From Candidatus Sulfopaludibacter sp. (GTDB lineage Bacteria > Verrucomicrobiota > Verrucomicrobiia > Limisphaerales > UBA11358): DNA of 64,000 bases. The stretch is from assembly GCA_035508155.1 (NCBI GenBank), contig DATJNM010000060.1, positions 40,542 to 104,541 of the forward strand, in the 5' to 3' direction. Below the pieces are notes generated by a model. It ran no database searches and was not told the origin of the DNA. It saw nothing but the letters and a program-made list of their open reading frames with translations. The position numbers were made by a program, and so were the translations under genes. This document shows positions 44,025 to 53,860 of this stretch, in pieces; position 1 is the first letter of the stretch; every line of letters begins with the position of its first letter.

Positions 44025-46601
44025 ATGAAATCACCCGGGTTCACAACGGTGAGACTTTGTGTTGCGGCCGCCAGTGTGATGGTTGCGTCCGTCAATGCGG
44101 CGCCGGCCCAAATTGTAGCTGACGACGACGCGGCCGCCTACTTCAAAACCTCCAACTGGACCAATGGCGCGAACCAGGGTTTCGGTTTTACTCCCTGGGT
44201 GTTGGCTACCAATGCCTTTGGCGGCGGAGGTTACCGCGGCTGGTATCTCAACAACGGCTATGCCATCGCCTCGGTCACCAATGTCAGCGGCACGGCCTAC
44301 ACAAACTGTTCCTGGGGCATTTACGCCAACGGCGCCGCTCCAGCCGGCGGCAACCGCACGGTCGCCTGTCGTGGCTTTGCCAGTTCTTTGACGACCAACC
44401 TGGTTTTCAAACTCCAGTGGATGACGGAGGGCATCGGTCCCGGCACGACGAATTACGCCGGGTTTGTCCTGCGCAATGGAAATTCCACCGGCGACGTGAC
44501 TGCATACGAAACCGGCTACCGCTTTGAATTTTATTACACGGGCGGCGGCACCGATTCCTTTCTTGTCAAAGATGGCAACGGTGTCACGGCTATTGGGCTT
44601 CCCTTCGCGGCAGGTTACGGCAATTCCGCCGCCGGCCACCTCAACGCCACCGGGCTGAACTGCGAATTCACCCTGGAGCCAAACGACACCTATCGCTTCG
44701 TGGTCCGGAGCGCGACGAACAACGAAGTGCTCGCTTTTCTGGACCACCAGCCGCTCGCTGGCAATCCCGGCTCGACCATTGACAGCGTGGCACTCTTCGC
44801 CAACGAAACCACCGGCAGCGGCTCCAGCGGCGGGGACCAGAATTACAACCGGATGCAAATCGTCTCCCCGTTGCTCAGCCCGCCCATTATCATCAATGTT
44901 CAACCGACCAACGGATCGGTTTTCGTCAACCCGGCCGCCAATATTTCCTTTGAAGTGGATTCGGCTTCAGGTGTGTCCGGCGCAGATGTCACGCTGCTTC
45001 TCGATGGCATCCCGCAGACGCTCGCCTTCAATACCAACGGCGCGACGCAGCAACTACTGGCGACCAACACCACGCTGCTGGCGACCAACGTTTCCGAGAG
45101 CGGCACCATTATCGCCATGGATGTCTATGGCAACAGCGCAACAAACACGTTCAGTTTCAACACGATTCAGACCAATTCACTGTGGCAAGACGCAAAAAAC
45201 TACGGCGCCACCGGAAATGGCACGACCCGGGACACCGCCTCGATTCAGGCGGCTATCAACGCCTGCCCGCCCGGCGGATATGTATGGCTCCACAACGGCA
45301 CGTTCCTGTCGGGAACGATTTTCCTGAAGAGCGACATGACGCTTTACATTGACCCGACTGCGACCTTGCTGGGCAGCGGGTCAACCAATGATTATCCCAT
45401 CCTCAACCCTCCGGCCAACAACAGCCAGCAGCACAACTGCGACATGGCCCTGGTTTATGCCCAAAGCTGCGCCAACGTCACGGTTGACGGCGGCGGAACC
45501 ATCAACGGCAACGGCCGCAATTATTTTACCTCCGGGGTTGAGGCAACCCGGCCCATCTCCATTTGGACGGCGCTGTGCAATCAGGTGAACCTCCGCAACC
45601 TCAACGTCGTGGACGCGGCCATGTGGACCGTGGTCAATATGCAGTCCGATTACCTGACCATCAGCAACCTCAACATCAATGACGATGGCTTGAATGGGAA
45701 TCGGGACGGCTGCGACGTGGTGGATTGCTGGCACGTCCTCGTTGCCAATTGCACGATCGACTCCGGCGACGATTCCATCTGTCTCAAAAGCGGCAATCCG
45801 CGCGGCGTGAACGATCTTTTGGTCACGAACTGCGTGATCACCCGGTCACAGTCCAACGGCTTGAAATTCGGGACCGCCAGCACGGGGCCGTTCACGAACA
45901 TCGCGTTTCAGAATTGCACGGTGCTGAACACGGCGCATTCGGCGATGGCGGTGGAATCAGTGGACGGCGCCGCGATCAGCGATGTCACATTCCAGGGAAT
46001 CAATTTCTCCGGCTGCCAGAATGCCATTTTCATCATCTTGGGAACCCGCGACGCGGGAGTGACGCCGGGCAGTGTCAATGGCATCACCTTTAGAAACATC
46101 ACCGGCTCCAGCATGACCGACACGCGCGGTTGCCCCATCTCCGGCTGTATTACGAATGGCGCGACCTACCCGTTACAGAACCTCCTGTTCGACAATGTGA
46201 ACGTGTCCTTCGCTGGAGGGTTGGGTTCGATTCCTTCGGCGCCCCCGGAATATGCGGGCCAGTATCCTGAAAACACCATGTGGGGGAATCTGCCGGCTTA
46301 CGGATATTACATCCGACACGCGACGAATGTGACCTTTACGAATTGTTTCACCAGCGCCGCTTCCCCGGACGCCCGGCCGTGGCTCGCCACCAATGACGTT
46401 TCAAATTTAACCGCTGTCGGTCCGCCGTTGAATATTTTCTCAAGCGGCGCGAATGTGGTGCTCCAATGGCCGAACGCCTTTACTTTGCAGACGGCCACCA
46501 ATGTGACGGGTCCATATGCCGATGTGACCGGAGCGTTCAACCCATACACGAACCCGATTACTGCCGGCGGACTGCCGCACTTTTTCAGACTGCGGCAATA
46601 A
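44025..46601 (+). CDS. Secreted right-handed beta-helix glycosidase (clan GH-N, GH28/GH49-like) with N-terminal lectin-like and Ig-like regions and conserved C-terminal tail
   Basis: AKNYGATGNGTTRDTASIQAAINAC, NGNRDGCDVVDC, SGDDSICLKSG and QSNGLKFGT match the GH28-type beta-helix catalytic pattern. Signal peptide MKSPGFTTVRLCVAAASVMVASVNA (TTG 44016 is an alternative start). Confidence 0.8.
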   Translation: MKSPGFTTVRLCVAAASVMVASVNAAPAQIVADDDAAAYFKTSNWTNGANQGFGFTPWVLATNAFGGGGYRGWYLNNGYAIASVTNVSGTAYTNCSWGIYANGAAPAGGNRTVACRGFASSLTTNLVFKLQWMTEGIGPGTTNYAGFVLRNGNSTGDVTAYETGYRFEFYYTGGGTDSFLVKDGNGVTAIGLPFAAGYGNSAAGHLNATGLNCEFTLEPNDTYRFVVRSATNNEVLAFLDHQPLAGNPGSTIDSVALFANETTGSGSSGGDQNYNRMQIVSPLLSPPIIINVQPTNGSVFVNPAANISFEVDSASGVSGADVTLLLDGIPQTLAFNTNGATQQLLATNTTLLATNVSESGTIIAMDVYGNSATNTFSFNTIQTNSLWQDAKNYGATGNGTTRDTASIQAAINACPPGGYVWLHNGTFLSGTIFLKSDMTLYIDPTATLLGSGSTNDYPILNPPANNSQQHNCDMALVYAQSCANVTVDGGGTINGNGRNYFTSGVEATRPISIWTALCNQVNLRNLNVVDAAMWTVVNMQSDYLTISNLNINDDGLNGNRDGCDVVDCWHVLVANCTIDSGDDSICLKSGNPRGVNDLLVTNCVITRSQSNGLKFGTASTGPFTNIAFQNCTVLNTAHSAMAVESVDGAAISDVTFQGINFSGCQNAIFIILGTRDAGVTPGSVNGITFRNITGSSMTDTRGCPISGCITNGATYPLQNLLFDNVNVSFAGGLGSIPSAPPEYAGQYPENTMWGNLPAYGYYIRHATNVTFTNCFTSAASPDARPWLATNDVSNLTAVGPPLNIFSSGANVVLQWPNAFTLQTATNVTGPYADVTGAFNPYTNPITAGGLPHFFRLRQ

Positions 46602-46693
46602 GGCCCATGACCCGGGTGCGTGGGACGGCTCGCTCCTTCGTGGATTTTCCAGCGGTTTCGATTTGAACAGGGCAAAGAAGGTCGGAATAGCGC

Positions 46694-49399
46694 TTAATTT
46701 CCGTTCCCTACCGTTTTGATGACCGCCGTCTCGGGCTTCAAGCCGCTGGCGTTTGCCGTGAGCCTGATTTTTCCCGGCTGCCCGGGTTCCCCCCGGATGA
46801 TGACCAGGCAAAGCCCGTTGAAGGCGTTGCGATCAGGCGATGGAAACGGTTCAAAGTCTGTCGGATCGCCGTTGTCGGTTGCTGCGATTTCACCCGGTCC
46901 CTGAATTTCAAAATAGATGCGATTGTCCGCACGCGGCGCCATGACGCCGCGTTTGTCCGTCAGGGTCACGGTTACAAAGGACAAATCTTTTCCGTCCGCG
47001 CAAATCGTATCGCGGTCCGGTTCCAGTTTGATCCGGGCGGGCGCTCCCGCGGTTTTGACTTCGTCGGTCGCCCACTTTTTTCCGTTCTTGTACGTGACCA
47101 CTTTGAGGGTGCCCGGTTCATAGACCACATCGTTCCAGCGGAGACGATATTCATCGGGTCCTTTCTTTTGTCGGCCCAATGACTTGCCGTTGAGGAACAA
47201 TTCGCCTTCATCGCCGGAAGTAAAGACGTGAACGGGTGTGACCTGCCCGACGCGTTCCGGCCAGGTCCAGTGCGGCAAAATATGAGCCATCGGATAATCG
47301 GGGCGCCAATGCGCTTGATAAAGGTAAAACCGGTCTTTCTTGAAACCGGCCAAATCAATGATGCCGGAATAAGAACTCCGGGACGAATCGAATGGCGTCG
47401 GCTCGCCCAGGTAATCCCAGCCGGTCCAGACAAATTCTCCGCCGACCCAGGGATTTTTTTCCTGCGCGGCAAACACCTTGTCCGCTGAGGATCCAAACGC
47501 CGCGGCGTACAACTCATAGGCGCTGACCTGCCGGCGTTTTCGATCTTCGCCGGAGTTTGGTCCGACGAGGGCGCTGTTGTTGGTCGTGACTGGAAAGACA
47601 TAGACGCCCCGACTGCTCAATGCGGAAGCCGTTTCGCTGCCAAAAATGAATTTATCCGGGAACTGCCGGTGGAACGCCGGATATTTCCCCGGCGCGCCGC
47701 GGATTCCGGCGCCCTGATAATTCAGGCCGATGAGATCCAAAACGCCGGGAAGCGGGTCGTTGGGATGCGACCAATTCATCGCGCTGGTGGTCGGGCGCGT
47801 GGGATCTTCTTCATGCACAATGTCACAGAGCTGCCTCGCCAGCGCGGCTCCATTCGTGCCGGTAAATTGCTCGCCGACTTCGTTGCCGATGCTCCACATG
47901 ATGACCGATGGGGAATTGCGGTCCCGCCGCAACTGCGCCCGCATGTCCTGTTCGTGCCAGTCATCAAACCACAGATGATAATCATTTGGCGTCTTGCTGC
48001 GCCGCCAGCAATCGAACATTTCATCCATCACGAGGAAGCCCATTTTGTCCGCCCATTCCAACAGTTCGGGCGCCGGCGGGTTGTGGCTGGTGCGGATGGC
48101 ATTGCAGCCCATGTCCGCCAGCATTGACAACTGCCGCTGCAAAGCGCGGTCATTGACCGCCGCGCCGAGCGCGCCCAGATCATGATGATCGCACACGCCG
48201 TTCAATGGAATACGCTCGCCGTTGATGATGAATCCTTCATTCGGATCGAACCGGATCGTTCGAATCCCAAAAGGCGTTTCATTAACGTCCACGACTTTGT
48301 CTCCCTGTAATAACGTCGTGACCGCCACGTAGCGATGGGGACGTTGTTGCGGCGGCGGCCCCCACAACTTTGGATTGGCGACCGTTCCGGCGCTTTCCGC
48401 CACCGCGCGGGAGCCTGCCGGGACCCTCAAATTCACGGGCGCAAGGTCGGCCACGGCGGCGCCAACCTTTTGGTCGCTGGCGTCCAGCGGGAAAATTTGC
48501 GTGGAGACGGTGACCTGCGCGTCTTGTTTTGAATCGTTGTCTACCTCCACTTTTAATTCAATGGTGGCGGAAGACGAAGAAACGCCGGGAGTCGTAAGGC
48601 AGGTTCCCCAATGTCCCACATGCACGGGCAGCGTTTTGACCAGCCACACGTTGCGATAAATTCCGGCCCCGGGGTACCAACGCGACGAATTCGGCGGATT
48701 GTCGAGCCGGATGGCCAATTCGTTCGTGCCGCCGGGCTTAACACAAGAGGTCAAGTCCACGCGCCACGAAGCATAACCATAAGGCCAGCCGCCCACCCAT
48801 TGACCGTTCAACCAAACCGCGGCGCAGGACATCGCGCCGTCCACATCGAGGAAAATGGATTTGCCGGAATCGGTGGCCGGAATGTTCAGTTCCTTTCGAT
48901 ACCATCCCACGCCGGCAGTCGGCAAACGGCCCATGCCGCCGCCGCCCGAGTGGGTGAACGGGCCGGTAATGGCCCAGTCGTGCGGCAGGTTTATTTTTTG
49001 CCACGAACTGTCATCGAAAGAGGGTTGCGCATACGCAATGGCATCACCGGGATTTCCCTCCGGCCGGACAAATCTGCGAGCGGCGTCTTTGATGAAATCA
49101 TTGCCGGTCGGCAGCATCCATGGTTCGATCGCCAATAGCGGCTTTGTGGCCGGCTCATTGGTTGTTCTTTCAACCACCAGGCGCACCGGGCAGTCGGCCG
49201 GGTCTCCTTTCGTAAACCGCCAGTTGTCATTGATGCAAATTCGCTCGCGCGACAAATCGGAGGAGACGGCGGTTCCCGCGCCGGCGATGAACGAAGAGAT
49301 CAGACAAAGATAGTGGAGCAAGCATGGCCCGACTGTCCGATGAAGGTTCGCCCTCCGTCTGTTTGCCAAAATATCAAGGGGTAACTGATTGGGGATCAT
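46694..49399 (-). CDS. GH2 family glycoside hydrolase (beta-galactosidase/beta-glucuronidase-like)
   Basis: GH2 segments INDNWRF, WQKINLPHDW, CNAIRTSHNPPAPELLEWADKMGFLVMDE and SVIMWSIGNEV. Start trimmed to ATG 49399, because the track start 49624 would overlap the divergent kinase region. Confidence 0.88.
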   Translation of the reverse strand: MIPNQLPLDILANRRRANLHRTVGPCLLHYLCLISSFIAGAGTAVSSDLSRERICINDNWRFTKGDPADCPVRLVVERTTNEPATKPLLAIEPWMLPTGNDFIKDAARRFVRPEGNPGDAIAYAQPSFDDSSWQKINLPHDWAITGPFTHSGGGGMGRLPTAGVGWYRKELNIPATDSGKSIFLDVDGAMSCAAVWLNGQWVGGWPYGYASWRVDLTSCVKPGGTNELAIRLDNPPNSSRWYPGAGIYRNVWLVKTLPVHVGHWGTCLTTPGVSSSSATIELKVEVDNDSKQDAQVTVSTQIFPLDASDQKVGAAVADLAPVNLRVPAGSRAVAESAGTVANPKLWGPPPQQRPHRYVAVTTLLQGDKVVDVNETPFGIRTIRFDPNEGFIINGERIPLNGVCDHHDLGALGAAVNDRALQRQLSMLADMGCNAIRTSHNPPAPELLEWADKMGFLVMDEMFDCWRRSKTPNDYHLWFDDWHEQDMRAQLRRDRNSPSVIMWSIGNEVGEQFTGTNGAALARQLCDIVHEEDPTRPTTSAMNWSHPNDPLPGVLDLIGLNYQGAGIRGAPGKYPAFHRQFPDKFIFGSETASALSSRGVYVFPVTTNNSALVGPNSGEDRKRRQVSAYELYAAAFGSSADKVFAAQEKNPWVGGEFVWTGWDYLGEPTPFDSSRSSYSGIIDLAGFKKDRFYLYQAHWRPDYPMAHILPHWTWPERVGQVTPVHVFTSGDEGELFLNGKSLGRQKKGPDEYRLRWNDVVYEPGTLKVVTYKNGKKWATDEVKTAGAPARIKLEPDRDTICADGKDLSFVTVTLTDKRGVMAPRADNRIYFEIQGPGEIAATDNGDPTDFEPFPSPDRNAFNGLCLVIIRGEPGQPGKIRLTANASGLKPETAVIKTVGNGN

Positions 49400-49710
49400 C
49401 AACGTCAGCGAAACAATCGTAATGAGTGAATAAATCCGGGTCAATGAAGTTTGCCATCGCGTGGGAGCCGTCAGGCGCACGGCGTTGTGCGCACGAACGG
49501 GTTGAACATCTAAAATCGAGCGGACGATATGTCGGCGGCGTACTCGCACTGACCTCAACCTTATCGGCCGGGCCGGGGCAGGCTGGCAAAGTTGCTTATA
49601 ATAAAGTGGTTCCGGCGACGCCATTCTCGTTGACGCTGTCTGTAAAGGTGGGTGTTTACCTGTCCGGGAATGTCTTTCCCGGCATATACTTTGCTGTGTT
49701 GCGCATACAG

Positions 49711-52173
49711 ATGAAACTCAGGGAAGCACTTCGTCGTTTGTCCGATTGGAAAAATGGGCACGCGCGCCTTAAAGCAGACCCGGCCACGGATAGGGGCGGA
49801 GCAAAAGGTGCGCCCGCTTCCAATCCCGGGTCGAAATTCGACAGACTTTTCAGGCGCCTGATGGAAGCGGCAGCGCCGATGAAAATCCGCCGCATCGTTG
49901 GGCCGCTGGCAAACCGCGCGTATGAGCTGTTTGATTCCAATTTCCGCGCCAAAGTGTTGTTGCCGGTGGTGGGCTGTATGGCCGGAGCAATGGCCATTGC
50001 GTTTTTTGTCGTGGGCCACCGGATCGCGCGGCAATCAGAACAGGAGGCGCGCAGTACGCTGGCCACCGCCAACACGGTCATCCGCTCCTCGCAGGACTTC
50101 CGACGGAACAATTTGCTCCTGCGTTTTCACAACCTGCCGAATCAGTCGCTCTGGCGGCAGATCTTTCAATTCGGTCAGGCCAAGGATCTGCATAGCACGC
50201 TGAGCGACCTCATGGAAATGCAGAAGGTGGACATCCTGTTTTACGCCTCCAACCGGGGTAAAATCCTCGACGTGGAGAAAAATGATCCGGGGATTCCGAC
50301 CCCGGAATTTGAGGCCGCGGCGGCGCCGGTGTTGCAACTGGCCTTGCGCGGGGATGAAAAGGCGGACACGGTCTTTGTGGGCGGAAAGCTCTACGACGTG
50401 ATCACCATTCCCGCCTACAATCTGGATAACGAGCAGATTGGCGTGTTGACCCTCGGGCTGGAACTCGGCGGCGCCACGGCGCACGAGTTCAGCAAACTCA
50501 CGCAAAGTCAGATTGCCCTGATGGCCAATGGACGGGTCATCACCTCCACACTGCCCGGACTGGATACCAACGTGAGGTTTGCCAGTGCCTTCGAGGGCGC
50601 GATGCCCGTCAATGACAATGAAGACCCGACGGCGAATGTGAAGCCCATCGTGCTCAACGATGTGCATTATTATTGTATCGCCGGGCGGTTTGATTCGCTG
50701 AACGCTGGCAGTAATCTCGGTTATGTCTTGCTGAGCTCGCGTGAGCAGTCGCTGGCGGCGTTGCGGGCGACGCAACATGTGCTGGCGGGCATGGGGTTCC
50801 TCGCCATTTTGTTCTGCGCGGTGGCGGTGCGGTTTTACATCAACCGGGTCACCGAACCCTTGCGCGAGCTGCGCCAGGGCGCCGAGGCGGTCGGGCGCGG
50901 CGATTTCAACCGGCGCGTGGCGGTGCGCAGTCGCGATGAGTGCGGACAACTGGCGATGGTGTTCAACGGGATGACCGAAAACATCCAGCAATCACGGTCG
51001 CAATTGGAGAAGACCGTGGTGACGCTCAAGACTACTCAGGAACAGCTGGTCCAGAGCGAAAAGCTTTCGGCCATCGGCAAATTTGTTGCCGGCGTGGCGC
51101 ATGAATTGAACAATCCGCTGACGGCGGTGGTCGGTTTTTCGGAGATCCTGAAGCAGGCGACGGCGGATGGGAAAAGCCGCCAGTACTCGGAAACCATCCT
51201 CAAGGCCGCGTTGCGCTGCAAACGAATCGTTCAATCTCTGTTGAGTTTCGCGCGGCGGGAACAGCCCGAGCACAAGCTGATCTCCCTGAACAGCCTGATT
51301 GAGATGGTTCTCGAAATCGTTGGTTACTCGCTGCGCACCAGCAATATCGAGGTGGTCACCCAACTGGAACCCAAACTGCCGATGGTGCTGGTGGACACCG
51401 GCCAAATCCAGCAAGTGTTACTTAACATCGTCAATAATGCTCAGGAGGCCATTCTGGCCGGTGGGCAGGCGGGGCGAATCCAGATCGTGACCGAAATCCG
51501 GTTGCCGAACGTCCGCATCACCATTCAGGACAACGGGCCGGGCATTCCGCGGGAACATCTGCGGCGCATTTTCGATCCCTTCTTTACTACCAAGGAGGTT
51601 GGCAAAGGCACCGGCCTGGGCTTGAGTTTGTGCTACGGCTACATCAAGGAAAACGGCGGCACGATCACAGCCTCCAGCCAGGTGGGCAAGGGGGCGACCT
51701 TCAACATCGAGTTGCCCGTTGCCGAGAAGGCGGAAGCCACCATAGAACTGGCGTCCTTGCCGGACATACCGCCGGCGGAAAAACCGGATCTGCACGAGGG
51801 CGACGGCAAACGCGTGCTGGTCATTGATGACGAGAAACCCATTCTGAACCTGATCCACGACGACTTTGAGCTTCGGGGCTACCAGGTGGAAGTGGCTGAG
51901 AACGGTAAAACGGCCCTGAGTAAACTCGAACAAAATCATTTCGACCTGGCATTTTGCGACTGGAAAATGCCCGGCTTGAACGGCCAGGAAGTTTACGAGC
52001 AACTGCGCCGCACCCATCCCCAATTCTGTCAGCGCATCATTTTCATCACCGGTGATGTCATCAACGACGAGATGCGACAGTTCCTGGAAACGGAAAAACG
52101 TCCCTGTCTCACCAAGCCCTTCACCCTGTCGGAACTTCATACCACGGCCGAAACCGTCCTGAAGGCGGGATGA
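49711..52173 (+). CDS. Hybrid sensor histidine kinase (periplasmic sensor, HAMP, HisKA, HATPase, C-terminal receiver)
   Basis: HAMP-like [22 protein letters not shown]-box [20 protein letters not shown]. ATPase DNGPGIP...[25 protein letters not shown]...[14 protein letters not shown]. The start is uncertain (ATG 49711 chosen; the track start is 49426). Confidence 0.88.
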   Translation: MKLREALRRLSDWKNGHARLKADPATDRGGAKGAPASNPGSKFDRLFRRLMEAAAPMKIRRIVGPLANRAYELFDSNFRAKVLLPVVGCMAGAMAIAFFVVGHRIARQSEQEARSTLATANTVIRSSQDFRRNNLLLRFHNLPNQSLWRQIFQFGQAKDLHSTLSDLMEMQKVDILFYASNRGKILDVEKNDPGIPTPEFEAAAAPVLQLALRGDEKADTVFVGGKLYDVITIPAYNLDNEQIGVLTLGLELGGATAHEFSKLTQSQIALMANGRVITSTLPGLDTNVRFASAFEGAMPVNDNEDPTANVKPIVLNDVHYYCIAGRFDSLNAGSNLGYVLLSSREQSLAALRATQHVLAGMGFLAILFCAVAVRFYINRVTEPLRELRQGAEAVGRGDFNRRVAVRSRDECGQLAMVFNGMTENIQQSRSQLEKTVVTLKTTQEQLVQSEKLSAIGKFVAGVAHELNNPLTAVVGFSEILKQATADGKSRQYSETILKAALRCKRIVQSLLSFARREQPEHKLISLNSLIEMVLEIVGYSLRTSNIEVVTQLEPKLPMVLVDTGQIQQVLLNIVNNAQEAILAGGQAGRIQIVTEIRLPNVRITIQDNGPGIPREHLRRIFDPFFTTKEVGKGTGLGLSLCYGYIKENGGTITASSQVGKGATFNIELPVAEKAEATIELASLPDIPPAEKPDLHEGDGKRVLVIDDEKPILNLIHDDFELRGYQVEVAENGKTALSKLEQNHFDLAFCDWKMPGLNGQEVYEQLRRTHPQFCQRIIFITGDVINDEMRQFLETEKRPCLTKPFTLSELHTTAETVLKAG

Positions 52174-52345
52174 CGAAAGTTTTCCCAGGCTTGCCTGCCG
52201 ATTTCCTCGAGGCCGGGATGCCTGAAGCGATTCAATTCATCCCGCAACCGCCCCGCCTTGAGGGATTGGTTCGCGCCCTATCATGGCCGGTTATCCGATT
52301 GGCCCCGACTCACGCCGGGGGCTGCGCACTTTTGGGGGAAGCGGT

Positions 52346-52723
52346 CTAGCGAATCGAGAGGGCAATGGAAATTTGACTGATGGCCGCCTGCACATGTTTG
52401 AGCGCCTTGCCGGACAGCCCGGCGCTGGCTTGTTCGAGAAGTCCCTGGGCGGCGCGAAGCTGGGCATCGGAAGTTCCCTGGGGTTCATGGTTCCTGCCCG
52501 TGCTGCTGATTTTTGCACCCATCTCACCGAGGGCGGCTTCGATTTGTTTCATCGCTCTGACCCGATGTCCCTTGTAATCGTGCTTGGCCTGGGCGAGCGT
52601 CGCGTAGGCATCGTTCAGCAGTATAGTGGAATTCGGTTGAGCCTGGGCACGGGTCACCAGGCCAAAGGCCAGGAGAATGATGGCGAGCAGAGTCGAGCCG
52701 CGGAGGAAGGATGGGTTATTCAT
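52346..52723 (-). CDS. Small secreted hypothetical protein
   Basis: 125 aa with signal peptide MNNPSFLRGSTLLAIILLAFGLVTRAQA followed by a helical, Ala/Gln-rich body (AKHDYKGHRVRAMKQIEAAL). I do not recognise the family. Confidence 0.6.
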   Translation of the reverse strand: MNNPSFLRGSTLLAIILLAFGLVTRAQAQPNSTILLNDAYATLAQAKHDYKGHRVRAMKQIEAALGEMGAKISSTGRNHEPQGTSDAQLRAAQGLLEQASAGLSGKALKHVQAAISQISIALSIR

Positions 52724-52824
52724 GCCATAAAGAAAGTTTGCCGCCCGTGGATTGTCAAGCCGGTAATGATTGGGCTAAGCTGGATGTCGGCATTGGCAAT
52801 TGACCGGAACAAAATTGGGTTCCC

Positions 52825-53814
52825 ATGTCCTGCTTTTATGAACAACTCGCCGCCGCTCTGGCGGAGAACCAGCCGTTTGCGCTGGCGCTGATTTCCGGCG
52901 TCAAAGGTTCCAGCCCGCAACGCATCGGGGCCAAGGCGCTGTTCTTCTCCGACGGCCGCATCGTGGGCACCCTCGGTGGCGGCTGTCTGGAGGCCGAAGT
53001 TCACGCCCGCGCCAAACGCGCCTTGAAAACCGGCGCGGCTTCGACCTTTGAAATGCTGCTGGATCATGATTTCGGCTGGGACGACGGCCTGATTTGCGGC
53101 GGCAGTGTGTCGGGATTGATTTTGCCGCGTGCGGCGGAAGCGGCGGACCTCTGGCGCCAACTCGCCGCCGTAACCGAACCGGTTCGCTGGGGTGTCAAAA
53201 GGGATTTTTCCATCTCACTTTGCCCGAAAACAAGTGACGAGTATCGTGTGACGGGTGACGCAGCCCCCTTTTCCCGCGACACGCGACACGTGCCACCCGC
53301 CACCGCCTCCGACTGGCTTTACCAGGAGATCGTTTCGCCGTCGCCCGCGTTCTGGATTGCCGGTTCCGGCCACGTGGCCCAGGCGGTCGCGCCCCTGGCC
53401 CGGCAATTGGAGTTCGACGTGACGGTCTTTGACGACCGACCCGGACTGGCGAATCGCCGTTTTTTCCCCGAAGCCGTACGCCTGCGCGTGGGCGGCTGGC
53501 ATGAGCTGTTGAAGGAACCTATGCCCAAACAGCCGGCCTTTGGCTTGATTGTCACCCGCGGGCACCAGCATGACGCGCTGGTGCTGACCGAGTGGATTCA
53601 GCGCCCGTTTGTTTTTCTGGGCATGATCGGCAGCCGCCGCAAGGCGCGGATCATTCGCGAACAATTCCTGAAACAAAACATCGCCACCGCGGAGCAATTG
53701 GATCGAATTGCCTGTCCCGTTGGTTTGGACATTGACGCGCGGAGCACGCCGGAAATTGCTGTGAGCGTTCTGGCGCAGTATATCGAGAAACGGGCCGCGT
53801 TGCGTGACGCGTGA
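52825..53814 (+). CDS. xdhC: XdhC/CoxI-family molybdoenzyme maturation (Moco insertion) chaperone
   Basis: N-domain FALALISGVKGSSPQRIGAKALF...GTLGGGCLEAEV and Rossmann C-domain FWIAGSGHVAQAVAPLARQLEFDVTVFDDRP...LIVTRGHQHD. The stop lies within GTGAC element B. Confidence 0.88.
   Translation: MSCFYEQLAAALAENQPFALALISGVKGSSPQRIGAKALFFSDGRIVGTLGGGCLEAEVHARAKRALKTGAASTFEMLLDHDFGWDDGLICGGSVSGLILPRAAEAADLWRQLAAVTEPVRWGVKRDFSISLCPKTSDEYRVTGDAAPFSRDTRHVPPATASDWLYQEIVSPSPAFWIAGSGHVAQAVAPLARQLEFDVTVFDDRPGLANRRFFPEAVRLRVGGWHELLKEPMPKQPAFGLIVTRGHQHDALVLTEWIQRPFVFLGMIGSRRKARIIREQFLKQNIATAEQLDRIACPVGLDIDARSTPEIAVSVLAQYIEKRAALRDA
53232..53303 (+). repeat. GTGAC-heptad palindromic element, copy D (in frame inside xdhC linker)
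   Basis: AAGTGAC GAGTATC GTGTGAC GGGTGAC, then a 16-nt loop, then GCGACAC GCGACAC GTGCCAC CCGCCAC. It is translated as KTSDEYRVTGDAAPFSRDTRHVPPATA, between the two XdhC domains. Confidence 0.7.
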
Positions 53815-53860
53815 CGGGTGGCCGGTAACGCGAAATCCCGTCACCCGTCACATGTCACCG
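53802..53860 (+). repeat. GTGAC-heptad palindromic element, copy B
   Basis: GCGTGAC GCGTGAC GGGTGGC CGGTAAC, then a 10-nt loop, then GTCACCC GTCACAT GTCACCG. It contains the xdhC stop (TGA 53812-53814) and the mocA-like ATG (53852-53854). Confidence 0.85.

Noticed and set aside
52724-52824. Possible Moco riboswitch upstream of xdhC.
   Set aside because: The region is only ~100 nt, and I could not recognise the conserved Moco-motif helices or loops. An Infernal search would be needed, so no claim is made.
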